Positions 19,921-31,061 are shown, counted from the first letter of the stretch. The stretch: 64,000 nucleotides of DNA from an uncultured bacterium (GCA_963716985.1 OY970323.1:1504001-1568000); one strand, 5' to 3'. The notes: a model not told the origin generated them from the sequence alone. Numbers and translations are program-made.

Positions 19921-21141
19921 CTATCTCTTTCCAAAAATCGCAAGAGCATGAAAATCTGCCAATAATTGCAAAGCAATCAGAATCAGCCCGGTCAAAAAGA
20001 TCACTCCCAAAAGAAGGTTTCCTCCCCTTACCCGATAAGGCGACTCAATCTTTTTCTTTCTGAGACGAAAGACCATCCAAGCGGGCAACACTACATGGGA
20101 AAAGGCCACGCAAATCGCTGCTTTGCCAAGCGCTAAAATGAAACCCTTTGGATAGAAGAAAGCAAATAGAGCCGGAGGAACAAAGGTAAAAAAAGCAATC
20201 GATCCCCTTCCCGAAAGTCTTTTTTGCTTCTTAAAAAAATCAGCTAAAAAATTAAAAAGACCTAAACTGACCCCCAGAAAACAGGTGGTCACTGTGATGT
20301 TGGCAAAGCCGTGAATAGCACTTTCAATCCACTTGTTTTTCAAAAAGGAAGAAAACATGAGCACAAACTCTCCCACAGATCCTTTTTGCAAAGCGAGTTG
20401 CAAAAAACCATCCAGGGGCACAACGCCCATCGTGACTGCCAGCCAAAAAAGATAGAGGACCAGCGTCAAAAAACTACCCCAAAAAAGCACGAATTTTAAC
20501 TGCTTTTTTTCATAATGCAAATACTGGCCCAGCACAGGAATTAAAATGTGGTAGCCAAAAGCACAAAGAAAAATGGGAGCCGCCGCCCACAGATACTTGC
20601 TCGAATGATTGGAAAACGTTAACAGATGTACGTCCACTTTCTGCAAAGAAAGGCCAATGAACAAAATCAAAAGCAGTCCCTTCAAACTAAAGAAAAAGCG
20701 ATTTAAATAATCCACCGCTTGAATTCCATGAAAAACGACAAGCCCAAAGAGGGCGACAAAGAGCAAACTACAGGATTCGCTCGACAGATGGATCTGCATC
20801 TGTTGGAATAATTCATTCAATAAAGACCCTCCCGCAGAAACATACGCGGCAACTAAAGCATAGAGAAGAATCAGATAGCTCAGTACAGTTGCCACCTTTC
20901 CTGGATTTCCCAGCGTTAGAAATGCCATGGAAGAAAAATTGGTTTTGGAAAAGGGAAATGCTAAATTCACTTCTAAAAAAAGAAAACCCGTGATCAGCAT
21001 CAAAAGCCACATAAAGATAAGCAAACAGGAGGCAGCGAAAAAACTTACTCCCGCACTGACCAGAGGAATTGCTAATATCCCTCCTCCTATCAGTGTGCCC
21101 ATGAGAAGAAATACACTTCCGATCATTTTACCGAATTGCAT
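19921..21141 (-). CDS. tyrP: Aromatic amino acid permease (TyrP/Mtr family)
   Basis: GTLIGGGILAIP, LFLEVNL, AFGYH..IP, TTCFLGVSLGL; ~11 TM segments. Confidence 0.9.
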   Translation of the reverse strand: MQFGKMIGSVFLLMGTLIGGGILAIPLVSAGVSFFAASCLLIFMWLLMLITGFLFLEVNLAFPFSKTNFSSMAFLTLGNPGKVATVLSYLILLYALVAAYVSAGGSLLNELFQQMQIHLSSESCSLLFVALFGLVVFHGIQAVDYLNRFFFSLKGLLLILFIGLSLQKVDVHLLTFSNHSSKYLWAAAPIFLCAFGYHILIPVLGQYLHYEKKQLKFVLFWGSFLTLVLYLFWLAVTMGVVPLDGFLQLALQKGSVGEFVLMFSSFLKNKWIESAIHGFANITVTTCFLGVSLGLFNFLADFFKKQKRLSGRGSIAFFTFVPPALFAFFYPKGFILALGKAAICVAFSHVVLPAWMVFRLRKKKIESPYRVRGGNLLLGVIFLTGLILIALQLLADFHALAIFGKR

Positions 21142-21439
21142 AGAACCTCAGTTTTTTGTTTTTTCAACTTCAGATTAAAAATAGTAAATAAAAAATGATG
21201 GCTTCAAGGAGAGTACTGGCTCAAGCGCCAGTAATAATGAGAAAAACAAAGAGAACGGAACCTATGCCCACAAGAATGGGGCAGGTGTTCAACGAGATGG
21301 TGTGTAAATTCTAATGATTCAGAATGGATCATCAACATATCTTACGACTTTTTGCAACTGCTTCTAAATAAGTTCACATGTGGGTCTCCTGTCCATGGTT
21401 ACACAAACTTTCTTTAAACTTGCTCATCACTCTATACTG

Positions 21440-21560
21440 CGCACTCTTCTAAAACGGGATGATCGTCGGTCTTACGACAAACGATCTCACCAATGATGTT
21501 ATCGGTGATGATGCAGACCAAGCTCATAATCGGGCGTTTAGCACCAATGCATTTCCGGCC
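21440..21560. ncRNA. Candidate IS110 bridge/seek RNA (two guide loops); strand not established, + strand suspected
   Basis: Parallel motifs CTTCTAAAacggg...ctCACCAATG and gCTCATAAtcggg...gCACCAATG whose variable parts match the donor end and the target. Confidence 0.7.
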
Positions 21561-21696
21561 TTTAAAGTCGTTGAAAGTTTGCTTGATTACCTGTAAGTTT
21601 TAGTTGATTTTTGTTTTTAGCAAGCTACTAGTGCTCTGTCATAGTTAAAATTTAGGATTATAAGTTTGGCAACGGTCGGCATAAACTCAAGTCAAT

Positions 21697-23124
21697 TTAT
21701 CCTAAAATTAAAGGGTGACAGAGCACTAGCCCATATCCTAGTTCTCGTGCTCGTTTCTGCAATGACAATAGCTGTCTTTCTTTATATGCCTGTTCGTATG
21801 CAGCTTGTCCAACTTCTGTAAAATTTTTGCGCTCTTTCAGCATCGTATACAGAATTTTTGCAAGTTTATGTGCTGCCGCTGTGATCGCTTTTGGAGCACC
21901 GAGTCTTGCTCGCATCCTACGAAAATAGGCGCCAAGGGCTGTTTTGGAGCGGTAAAGGGCATTGGCTGCTAAGCGTAATGCTTGTGCTGCCCTGTTGGCA
22001 GTTGGCTTGGTCTTGCCGCTCAAAATCTTGCCACCGGAAATCTTGTTGCCGGGACAAAGCCCAAGCCAAGAAGCGAAATGTTTCGCACTCGGCCATTTGG
22101 ACATATCCATGCCAATCTCTCCTAGAATTTTTATAATCCCATTCACGTCCAGTCCGGGAATGTCAGTCAAGTTGACGTGAAGAATTCTTTCGAGAGAACC
22201 TTCTGCTTCAAAGTGATATGGACTGAGGTTGTATTTCGTCTTTTTCTGTGTTCCTCGCCCATTTTTACTTGAATGTTCTGCAGGAGTCGATCTTGGAGCC
22301 GGCATATTTTTTTTCGGTTGCGCTTCTTCCCATTTCTTCAGTACTTGCTCTATAGCCTCTTCGCACTCCAAAGCCTGTTGATGGAAAAAATCATAAGCTG
22401 CAAGAGCGTGTTTCAGCGCCAGTAGATGTTCCTCTCGATAGTTGCCATCGAGAGCTTTTGCAATTTCTTTTTCATCTTTTTTGCATCGAGGATCTCGATA
22501 TTTTGCTAAGACTAAGGGAGATCGTTCTCCAGAGACAATCGCTCGTATAATATTCATGCCTGTAGCGCCCGTAATGTCACTCACTACGTGATTGAGTTGG
22601 AGATTCATTTGCACGAGGGCTTTGTGCATCAATTGCACCTGCTGAGAGGCCAATTCAAATAAACGGCTTCTCTGCCTCACATATCCGCGAAGTATGACTC
22701 CTTCATCATCGGGACGAAATGATCCTCTAAGTAATCCGTAGGCGTGTAATTGTTGGATCCATTGGCAATCTTTTACATCGGTTTTTCTACCCGGGACTGT
22801 TTTGAGGTAATATGCATTTACCAATATGACATCTATCCCTGCCTGAGCCAAGATATCGTAAACCGGAATCCAGTATACTCCGGTAGATTCCATTGCTACG
22901 CTCCGGATCTCATTCTGTTGGATCCAGGACAGCATGTTCTTGAGATCCTCTGTGAAGGTTAAATACTCGCGTATTTCTTGGTGCCCATCGGGAAAACCGA
23001 TACAAATGAATACAGAGCTGGCTCCAATGTCTATACCGGCAACACACGGATTTATGGGAGCCAATCTAAAATTAGATGCAGATGCAGGTTGAGTTTTTGG
23101 ATATTTTTTGGTATTTTTTTTCAT
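21697..23124 (-). CDS. IS110-family DEDD recombinase/transposase
   Basis: GIDIG, MESTGVYW, RKTDVKD (DEDD); FASWLGLCP..ISGG (catalytic Ser region); AAAHKLA. Confidence 0.95.
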   Translation of the reverse strand: MKKNTKKYPKTQPASASNFRLAPINPCVAGIDIGASSVFICIGFPDGHQEIREYLTFTEDLKNMLSWIQQNEIRSVAMESTGVYWIPVYDILAQAGIDVILVNAYYLKTVPGRKTDVKDCQWIQQLHAYGLLRGSFRPDDEGVILRGYVRQRSRLFELASQQVQLMHKALVQMNLQLNHVVSDITGATGMNIIRAIVSGERSPLVLAKYRDPRCKKDEKEIAKALDGNYREEHLLALKHALAAYDFFHQQALECEEAIEQVLKKWEEAQPKKNMPAPRSTPAEHSSKNGRGTQKKTKYNLSPYHFEAEGSLERILHVNLTDIPGLDVNGIIKILGEIGMDMSKWPSAKHFASWLGLCPGNKISGGKILSGKTKPTANRAAQALRLAANALYRSKTALGAYFRRMRARLGAPKAITAAAHKLAKILYTMLKERKNFTEVGQAAYEQAYKERQLLSLQKRARELGYGLVLCHPLILG

Positions 23125-23464
23125 GACAAACCTCTTTAGTTGATGTTGTTTCAAATAATCGCGTCGATCATTCTACAGAGGTTTGTCATTTTTTGGGGGT
23201 TTTACCGTATTCTTGTGACCTCACTTATTTTTAGATGTTGCCAGAGACACAGTCCCGGTGAGGAGCTCATAAAGTTGAGGTAAATCCCAATTTTTGGGCT
23301 TTAAGCAACGGTTTATCCATAGAGGACGGAAGCGTTCAAAAAAAGTTTACGCCTCAACTTTATGAGCAGTTGCACTTTTTAGGTATTTTACTCTAAAGTG
23401 AAAAAAAAACAAGGCAGAAAAAAAGAACTCGAACATTTTGATCACTCAATTTGAACGGAGTCAA

Positions 23465-23850
23465 TCAGATCCGGTTTGTGGAATAAATAGCTCCTGGATT
23501 CTCAATAAATTTAGAAACCATTGTAAACTCCCCTTCTCCCTCCTGGGTTAAAGTAACGACCACTTTCTTTGGATAAGAAATAGCTGAAATATGAGTGCCT
23601 CCACAGGGGATTATTGCTTTTCTTCCATCGGGAAATGCGCAATGCCATTCCCTTTTTTCGTGCATATATGCCGTATCAGGAACTACAGATATTTTTATTC
23701 CCTTAGGATGAGCACACCAGTCTAGAAGCTGTTGATTGATATTTGCTTCAACTTGCTTGAATTCAGATTCGCTAAAAAATGCAATACCGTCAAATCCCTC
23801 CTTCCTAAGAGATTTTCCGCATCGATAACGATAGAATACCCATGTTGCAT
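23465..23850 (-). pseudogene. C-terminal fragment of an AlaX-like (alanyl-tRNA editing) hydrolase
   Basis: The frame reads YRYRCGKSLRKEGFD...INQQL..W...REWHC...IPCGGTH; the N-terminal HxxxH part is absent. Confidence 0.6.
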
Positions 23851-23904
23851 AACCTTAAAAACTTCGCAGCCGCGAGCTTTTCAGTCTTTTTAAAAAGTCT
23901 GTTT

Positions 23905-24927
<1,023 letters not shown>

Positions 24928-25102
24928 TCAAAAGACGTTAATGCTAAAAAAATAATATAAAAAAGAGATAAAAACAAGGAGAAGATGGGCAAAGAAAAAT
25001 GGATAAAAAAACTTTGATCTTTTCTTTTTGCCTGCGGCATTAAAATCCTTGATAACTTTCTTGTCTTATGCGAGAAATAGAGCCAAAATCCATTTTTTTT
25101 TC

Positions 25103-27925
25103 ATGGAAAAAGAAACGATTTCTATAGGCTCTTGGACGCTCGGCCCCTACCTGCTGATCAAAACGCTTGGCAAAGGAGGAATGGGAGAGGTCTTTTTAGC
25201 CTTCGACCCGATCTGCAAACGATCGGTTGCCATCAAAAAAATTCGAGATGAGCTTCTGGACAAGCCCAACATCCACGAGCGGTTTTTAAGAGAGGCCAGG
25301 ATCGCGGGCCGGCTAACGCACCCTTCCATCATCCCCATTTTTTCCATCTATTCGGATCCTTCAATGAGCTATTATACAATGCCCCATGTCGAAGGAAAAA
25401 CGCTCAAGGAGCTATTACAAAAATGCAAACAAAAAACAAATAGCAGAGAGCCTCTTTCTCAGGAGGAGTCTCTTCCGGCCCTTGTAAACATTTTTCTTAA
25501 GATCTGCCAGGCCATTGGATATAGCCACTCGAAGGGCATATTGCATCGCGACTTAAAACCCGATAATGTCATCGTCGGAAAATTTGGAGAAGTTCTTCTT
25601 TTTGACTGGGGAATTGCCAAGTCGGTCGACGACAAGGAAAAAGAAGAGCATTGCGAAGATTTTTCCCATACAGAGCCCCTCACAAAACCCGGGAAAATCG
25701 CAGGAACCATCACCTATTTGGCTCCCGAACAGGCTTTTGGACATCCCTCCTCTTATCAAACCGATATCTATGCTCTGGGAGTCATGCTCTATCAGCTATT
25801 AACGCTCAGCTCTCCCTTTCGGAGGACAACCGTTGCCGACCTTCGAAAAAACGCACACAAGGAAAAACTCATCCCTCCCAAAGAGAGAGCTCCCGCTCGA
25901 GAAATCCCTCAGCAACTATCCGAAATTGCCCTCCGATGCCTCGCTTTTCGCAAAGAGAGCCGCTATCAAAAAGTCGAAGATCTCATGATGGATCTGAAAA
26001 AATACATTGAGGGGCAATCCTCTTGGGTCCTCATGACGCATCTGGAGGTCGCAAATGAAAAAGATTGGGGTGTTCATGAAAATATCTTGCTCGCCAAACA
26101 TATTGCACTCACCCGATCCACCGAAATTGCCGAATGGGCCAGTCTGATGGTTTCAAAGGCCTCCTTTACGCCCAACATCAAAATCGAGGCGGAAATCGAA
26201 ATCCAAGAGGAGAGCGAGGGAATCGGTTTTCTGTTAGGGATACCGGAAGAAGGACAAAGAAGAAGCCTGGAAGAGGGCTATTGCCTCTGGTGCGGACCTG
26301 AAAAAAACAAACACTCTTTTCTCTTGCGCTCACAGGTGCTCGTGAAAGAAATTCCGGAACTTTGTCTCTATCCAAAGGCAAAACATCTCGTTTCTATTGA
26401 GCGCATGGACAATCAGATCCAGATTTTCTTCGATGGCGCTTTGATCTCTTCTTACGCAAGCCTTCTTCCCTTAACGGGAACACACGTGGGCCTCTTATGC
26501 AAAGATACGGACTTCCTCCTCCATTCTTTGAAAATTTATTCTGCAAGCGGACCGCTCAAAGTGCATTGCTTGGCCATACCGGACGCCTTTTTCGTGAAAG
26601 GACATTTCGACATCGCCTGCAGCGAATATCGGCGCATTTCCCTCTCTTTTTCCGGACGGGCCGAAGCAAAAGACGCCACCTTTCGCGCAGGTCTTTGCCT
26701 TTTAGAGAGGGCAAAGCGCGCAAAAAGCAAAAGAAAACGCTCCTTTTTTTTCTCTCAAGCTCTCGATGAATTCGAGCATCTGCACGAAACCGCCGAAGCG
26801 CCTCTCAAATATTTAGGAGACTCCATGGTTTACGCCGCCATGAAGGATACGGACGAAGAGGCAAAATGTTTAGAGTTGGCCATTCGGAGATTCGAGAAGC
26901 ATCCTCGCCTGGCGCTTCTTCAAGAACATCTCGCTTTTCGCTGCCATGAAAGCTCCCTTCAAGAAAGAAAAGCTGCCTATCGTTTGATCCTCATCGGCTT
27001 GCAGAACATCCCCCATTTTGCCGAATCCAGAGAAACGAAAAAACTTCTGCAAAGTTTGCAAAACCACTGGGAGGAGCTCTCCTTTTTTGATCCGCTCTCT
27101 TCCACAGAACTCTTTCAAAAAGAATCCTTGATCGTTCGCCTCTCTTTCCGCCTTGCGAAAAAAGAAACGCTCCTCGAACTCATCGAATCGCTGATGCTTT
27201 TTCAAGAAAAATCCTCCCTTTTAGAAGATGCTCTGTTTGGACTTGTCGAGCTTAAGGTTGTAAAAGAGGTGCACAACCTCATTCCCACTCTTTTCTCTCT
27301 TTTCCCAAAACATGACTGGTCCTACCTCTCCAAAATCGTCACATTCCACCTCTCCCCTCAAAGTTTCTCCCCGATCTCTCTGTTTACCAATAACTGGACG
27401 GAAAAAAAAGAGGCCAGACGGGCCTGCATTCATGTCATCGAGGAGCTCTTGATCCGCCAAAACGCAGATTCTTTATCCTTTTTGCTCCCCGCTCTATCTT
27501 CCTCAAATCTTTCCAAGCAAGATCATCCTCTCTTTGACTCCTTTCGCTTGATGTATCTTTTTCTTCAAAAGGATTGGGAAAGCGCGCGAGAAATTTTCCG
27601 CTCTTATCCGACAGAACTACTGAGCGAAGAGAGCTCCCCGTTGCATTTCCTCTATGGCATCTGGCTCTATCGCATCGAAGGGCCAAAGAGCGCCGAGGCG
27701 CACTTTTCCGCAGTGATGGACACTCCCTATCCGAGATCCTCCTCGCTCTTAAGCCATTTTCTTTTGAAAAAAATTTCCTTGAATACCTGGGGCAAAGAGG
27801 CGTTTTTCTGGGAAAAAAGAAAGCTCTTTTGCCAGCTTGCCCTCTTTTATCGATGCATCGAAGATACAAAGAAAGCGCTCCGCTTTCAAAAGCTCTCCCT
27901 CCAGCTTCCGAAAACCACCTTTTGA
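25103..27925 (+). CDS. pknD: Serine/threonine protein kinase, chlamydial PknD type
   Basis: GKGGMGEV, VAIKK, HRDLKPDN, DWG, GTITYLAPE; long C-terminal region; adjacent to valS. Confidence 0.88.
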   Translation: MEKETISIGSWTLGPYLLIKTLGKGGMGEVFLAFDPICKRSVAIKKIRDELLDKPNIHERFLREARIAGRLTHPSIIPIFSIYSDPSMSYYTMPHVEGKTLKELLQKCKQKTNSREPLSQEESLPALVNIFLKICQAIGYSHSKGILHRDLKPDNVIVGKFGEVLLFDWGIAKSVDDKEKEEHCEDFSHTEPLTKPGKIAGTITYLAPEQAFGHPSSYQTDIYALGVMLYQLLTLSSPFRRTTVADLRKNAHKEKLIPPKERAPAREIPQQLSEIALRCLAFRKESRYQKVEDLMMDLKKYIEGQSSWVLMTHLEVANEKDWGVHENILLAKHIALTRSTEIAEWASLMVSKASFTPNIKIEAEIEIQEESEGIGFLLGIPEEGQRRSLEEGYCLWCGPEKNKHSFLLRSQVLVKEIPELCLYPKAKHLVSIERMDNQIQIFFDGALISSYASLLPLTGTHVGLLCKDTDFLLHSLKIYSASGPLKVHCLAIPDAFFVKGHFDIACSEYRRISLSFSGRAEAKDATFRAGLCLLERAKRAKSKRKRSFFFSQALDEFEHLHETAEAPLKYLGDSMVYAAMKDTDEEAKCLELAIRRFEKHPRLALLQEHLAFRCHESSLQERKAAYRLILIGLQNIPHFAESRETKKLLQSLQNHWEELSFFDPLSSTELFQKESLIVRLSFRLAKKETLLELIESLMLFQEKSSLLEDALFGLVELKVVKEVHNLIPTLFSLFPKHDWSYLSKIVTFHLSPQSFSPISLFTNNWTEKKEARRACIHVIEELLIRQNADSLSFLLPALSSSNLSKQDHPLFDSFRLMYLFLQKDWESAREIFRSYPTELLSEESSPLHFLYGIWLYRIEGPKSAEAHFSAVMDTPYPRSSSLLSHFLLKKISLNTWGKEAFFWEKRKLFCQLALFYRCIEDTKKALRFQKLSLQLPKTTF

Positions 27926-27982
27926 CTTCCGCTGCTTTTTTTGCTATTTTTATAAGCGCTCTTTTTTAAAGAAAAAAAAACA

Positions 27983-30838
27983 ATGAAAGAACAAACGAAA
28001 GCCTATATTCCTAAAGAAGTAGAAGAGAAGTGGTACTCTTTTTGGAAAAAAAGTGGATTTTTTCATGCCGATGAAAACTCTTCGAAAAAGAGTTTTTCCA
28101 TCGTTATGCCGCCTCCGAACGTCACCGGCGTTCTCCATATGGGCCATGCATTGGACGATACCATTCAAGACATGCTCATCCGCTATAAAAGAATGAAGGG
28201 GGTTGAAACGCTTTGGATTCCGGGAACCGACCATGCGGGAATCTCCACGCAAACCGTTGTGGAAAAACATCTGTATGCAACGCAAGGCAAAAAACGCAGG
28301 GATTTTTCTCGAGAAGAGTTCCTCTCCCTTATCTGGAAATGGAAAGAAGAAAAACAGGGGCAGATCCTCTCTCAAATTCAAAAATTGGGGGCTTCCTGCG
28401 ACTGGGATCGTCTTCGCTTCACGATGGATGAAAAAAGCAATAAAGCCGTTCGCACAATCTTCAAAAAACTCTTTGACGATGGGTTGATTTATCGCGGCGA
28501 TTATCTCGTCAACTGGGACCCCGTCACTCAGACCGCCCTTTCCGATGATGAGGTAGAGCATGAAGAAAGAGAGTCGCATCTCTGGTATTTCCGCTACCCT
28601 CTCGCAAGCCAAAAAGAAACGATTGTCGTCGCCACGACACGGCCAGAAACCATGCTGGGCGACACGGCCGTCGCCGTCTCTCCCAAAGACCCGCGATACG
28701 CCTCTTTCATCGGCAAGGAAATCCTCCTTCCTCTTACGCAAAGGACCATTCCGATCATCGCCGATCCTGCGGTTGATCCGGAGTTTGGCTCCGGCGCCGT
28801 TAAAATCACTCCGGCCCATGATTTCAATGATTATGAAATGGGAATGCGCCACCATCTTCCCTTGATCAACGTCATGACTCCCGACGGCCGTATTAATGAA
28901 AACGGAAAAGAGTTTTCCGGCCTCACCCTTAGCGCAGCAAGAGTTGCTGTGGTCCAAAAAATGAAGGAGCTGCATCTTCTTGAAAAAATAGAGCCCTATA
29001 AGCTGCGCGTTGGCGTCTCCTATCGGTCCAAAGCAGTGATTGAGCCCTATCTTTCGAAACAATGGTTTGTCAAAATGACGGCTTTTAAGCAGACTCTGAT
29101 CGATGCCGTCAAAAAGAAGGAGGTCACTCTCATTCCTTCCTATTGGGAAGAGACCTATTTTTATTGGATTGAAAACATCCGCGACTGGTGCATCTCTCGG
29201 CAGATCTGGTGGGGCCATCGCATTCCCATCTGGTATTCCAAAAAAGATCCTACAAAAATGATCTGCTATGATGGCGATGACCTTCCCAAAGAGGTAAAAA
29301 AAGATCCCTCCGGCTGGTCCCAAGAGGAAGATGTTCTGGACACCTGGTTTTCTTCCGCTCTTTGGCCCTTTAGCACTCTCGGCTGGCCCGACAAGACAAA
29401 AGAGATCAAACGATTTTATCCCACCTCGGTTCTCGTGACCGGGCATGACATTCTCTTTTTTTGGGTCGCCCGCATGATTTTAATGGGAGAATACGCGTTA
29501 AAAAAGGTTCCCTTCCACAAGGTTTTCATCCATGGGCTCATCTATGGAAAATCCTATTGGCGGCAAGATCCGGACGGCTCCGTCACCTATCTCAAATCCG
29601 AAGAAAAAAAACGTTATGATCAGGGAGAAACGCTCCCCTCCGATGTCTCTTATCGCTGGGAAAAAATGTCCAAATCGAAGGGCAATGTCATCGATCCGAT
29701 CGAAGTCATTCAAGATTATGGGACCGATGCCATGCGTCTTGCGCTTGCGCGCAGTCTGACCCATTCCAGGCAAATCGATCTCGATTACAGGCGTTTTGAG
29801 GAGCACAAAAATTTTGCCAATAAAATTTGGAATGGCGCCAAGTTCGTTCTCATGAACCTCACGTCCTCCGAAAATCCCTCTCTGCCTCCCCTATCCAAAG
29901 AAGCCTTTGCCGAAGGACTCGATCCCTCTCTTTTTACTCTTGACGATCGCTGGATTCTCTCGCTTTTAAGCCGCATGATCCAAGAGATGAATCAATGTTT
30001 TGACGACTTTACCTTCGACCGTGCAACGCAGCTCGTTTACGATTTTTTCTGGAATGATTTCTGCTCCCATTATCTAGAGCTCGTAAAGCCCTTTCTTTTT
30101 GGCAAAATAGGATCTGCAGATGTACGCAAAAACAAGCAAAAGCTAACGCTTATTCTTCTATCCGATTATCTTCGCTCTCTTCATCCCATTGCCCCCTTCA
30201 TTACGGAAGAGATTTTCTCTCTCATCAAAGAACATTTTTCCGCCGCTGTCGTTCATTCCAATGCCGACAAGCGTACGAAAAACACCATCCTTGCGCTCAA
30301 CGCTCCATCGCTTATGATGGCGTCCTATCCCCGGATACTATCTAAAAAAGAAATCAATCCAAAGGCCGAAGAGTCATTTACTTTTCTCTTAAAAATTGTG
30401 TACGCCATTCGCAATATTCGCGCCGAGATGCAGATTCCCCTTGGAGACCGAAGCGACATCCTTCTTTTTGGCAAGACCAAAGATCCCGGTTTTGCCCTCA
30501 TAGAAAAAGAGGAGCACCTCATTGCAGCTCTTGTCAAGATCAACAAGATACAGTTCACGCACGATTCGAGTGCCATTCCGGAAAATGGAGCCATTGCCCT
30601 CATCGATGAACTGAAAATCTATCTGCCCCTTTCGCAAGATCTTCTGAAAAAAGAAAAAGAGCGTCTTCTCAAAGAAAGAGAAAAGGTGCAAAAAGCGCTC
30701 ACCGCTTCCTCTCAGAAATTAAGCTCCAAAGATTTTGTCGACAGGGCTCCTGCCGCCATTGTTCAGAAAGAAAAAGAGCAGTTCAAACTCCTCGAGGAAA
30801 AATACAACGAAATCCAAAAGAAGCTCTCTTCTTTCTAA
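27983..30838 (+). CDS. valS: Valyl-tRNA synthetase
   Basis: PPPNVTGVLHMGH, DWCISRQ, DVLDTWFSS, KMSKS preceded by a ~40-aa insert; C-terminal coiled coil. Confidence 0.98.
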   Translation: MKEQTKAYIPKEVEEKWYSFWKKSGFFHADENSSKKSFSIVMPPPNVTGVLHMGHALDDTIQDMLIRYKRMKGVETLWIPGTDHAGISTQTVVEKHLYATQGKKRRDFSREEFLSLIWKWKEEKQGQILSQIQKLGASCDWDRLRFTMDEKSNKAVRTIFKKLFDDGLIYRGDYLVNWDPVTQTALSDDEVEHEERESHLWYFRYPLASQKETIVVATTRPETMLGDTAVAVSPKDPRYASFIGKEILLPLTQRTIPIIADPAVDPEFGSGAVKITPAHDFNDYEMGMRHHLPLINVMTPDGRINENGKEFSGLTLSAARVAVVQKMKELHLLEKIEPYKLRVGVSYRSKAVIEPYLSKQWFVKMTAFKQTLIDAVKKKEVTLIPSYWEETYFYWIENIRDWCISRQIWWGHRIPIWYSKKDPTKMICYDGDDLPKEVKKDPSGWSQEEDVLDTWFSSALWPFSTLGWPDKTKEIKRFYPTSVLVTGHDILFFWVARMILMGEYALKKVPFHKVFIHGLIYGKSYWRQDPDGSVTYLKSEEKKRYDQGETLPSDVSYRWEKMSKSKGNVIDPIEVIQDYGTDAMRLALARSLTHSRQIDLDYRRFEEHKNFANKIWNGAKFVLMNLTSSENPSLPPLSKEAFAEGLDPSLFTLDDRWILSLLSRMIQEMNQCFDDFTFDRATQLVYDFFWNDFCSHYLELVKPFLFGKIGSADVRKNKQKLTLILLSDYLRSLHPIAPFITEEIFSLIKEHFSAAVVHSNADKRTKNTILALNAPSLMMASYPRILSKKEINPKAEESFTFLLKIVYAIRNIRAEMQIPLGDRSDILLFGKTKDPGFALIEKEEHLIAALVKINKIQFTHDSSAIPENGAIALIDELKIYLPLSQDLLKKEKERLLKEREKVQKALTASSQKLSSKDFVDRAPAAIVQKEKEQFKLLEEKYNEIQKKLSSF

Positions 30839-31061
30839 CCCAATCGAACAGGTTTTGGCCTAAAAATAGAAACGCCTTCTTCCGATGGAACTTCTTATCT
30901 CTGAGCAATCCCCAAAAGCTGCCGCGCCAAAAGTTTGCATCTCCCCTTCATATGATCATCGGAAAGATGCAATTTTCTATTGAGGGCCTCCATCTGAGAT
31001 CGAACAAGTTTCCTGGAGTTTGGACTAATTTCACTCGCTGATGCTCGTAAAATCAGCTCAA

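Larger units (their letters stand above)
21363..23267 (-). mobile_element. IS110-family element, boundaries defined by the split TIR and duplicated CT core
   Basis: Junctions gcaactg-CT-tctaaat (21361-2) and gtgaggag-CT-cataaag (23266-7). Confidence 0.88.
21354..23373. mobile_element. 115-bp IS66-derived MITE (21354-21362 + 23268-23373) split by the IS110 insertion
   Basis: Rejoined left end GCAACTGCTCATAAAGTTGAGG is the exact reverse complement of 23352-23373; flanked by ACTTTTT on both sides; closely resembles the TIRs of the IS66 at 4438-6192. Confidence 0.85.

Noticed and set aside
21200..21340. T-box riboswitch upstream of tyrP
   Set aside because: No GGTGG.ACC T-box antiterminator motif on the coding strand.
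27950..29446. 498-aa ORF antisense to valS
   Set aside because: Shadow ORF on the opposite strand of a conserved synthetase; no motifs of its own.
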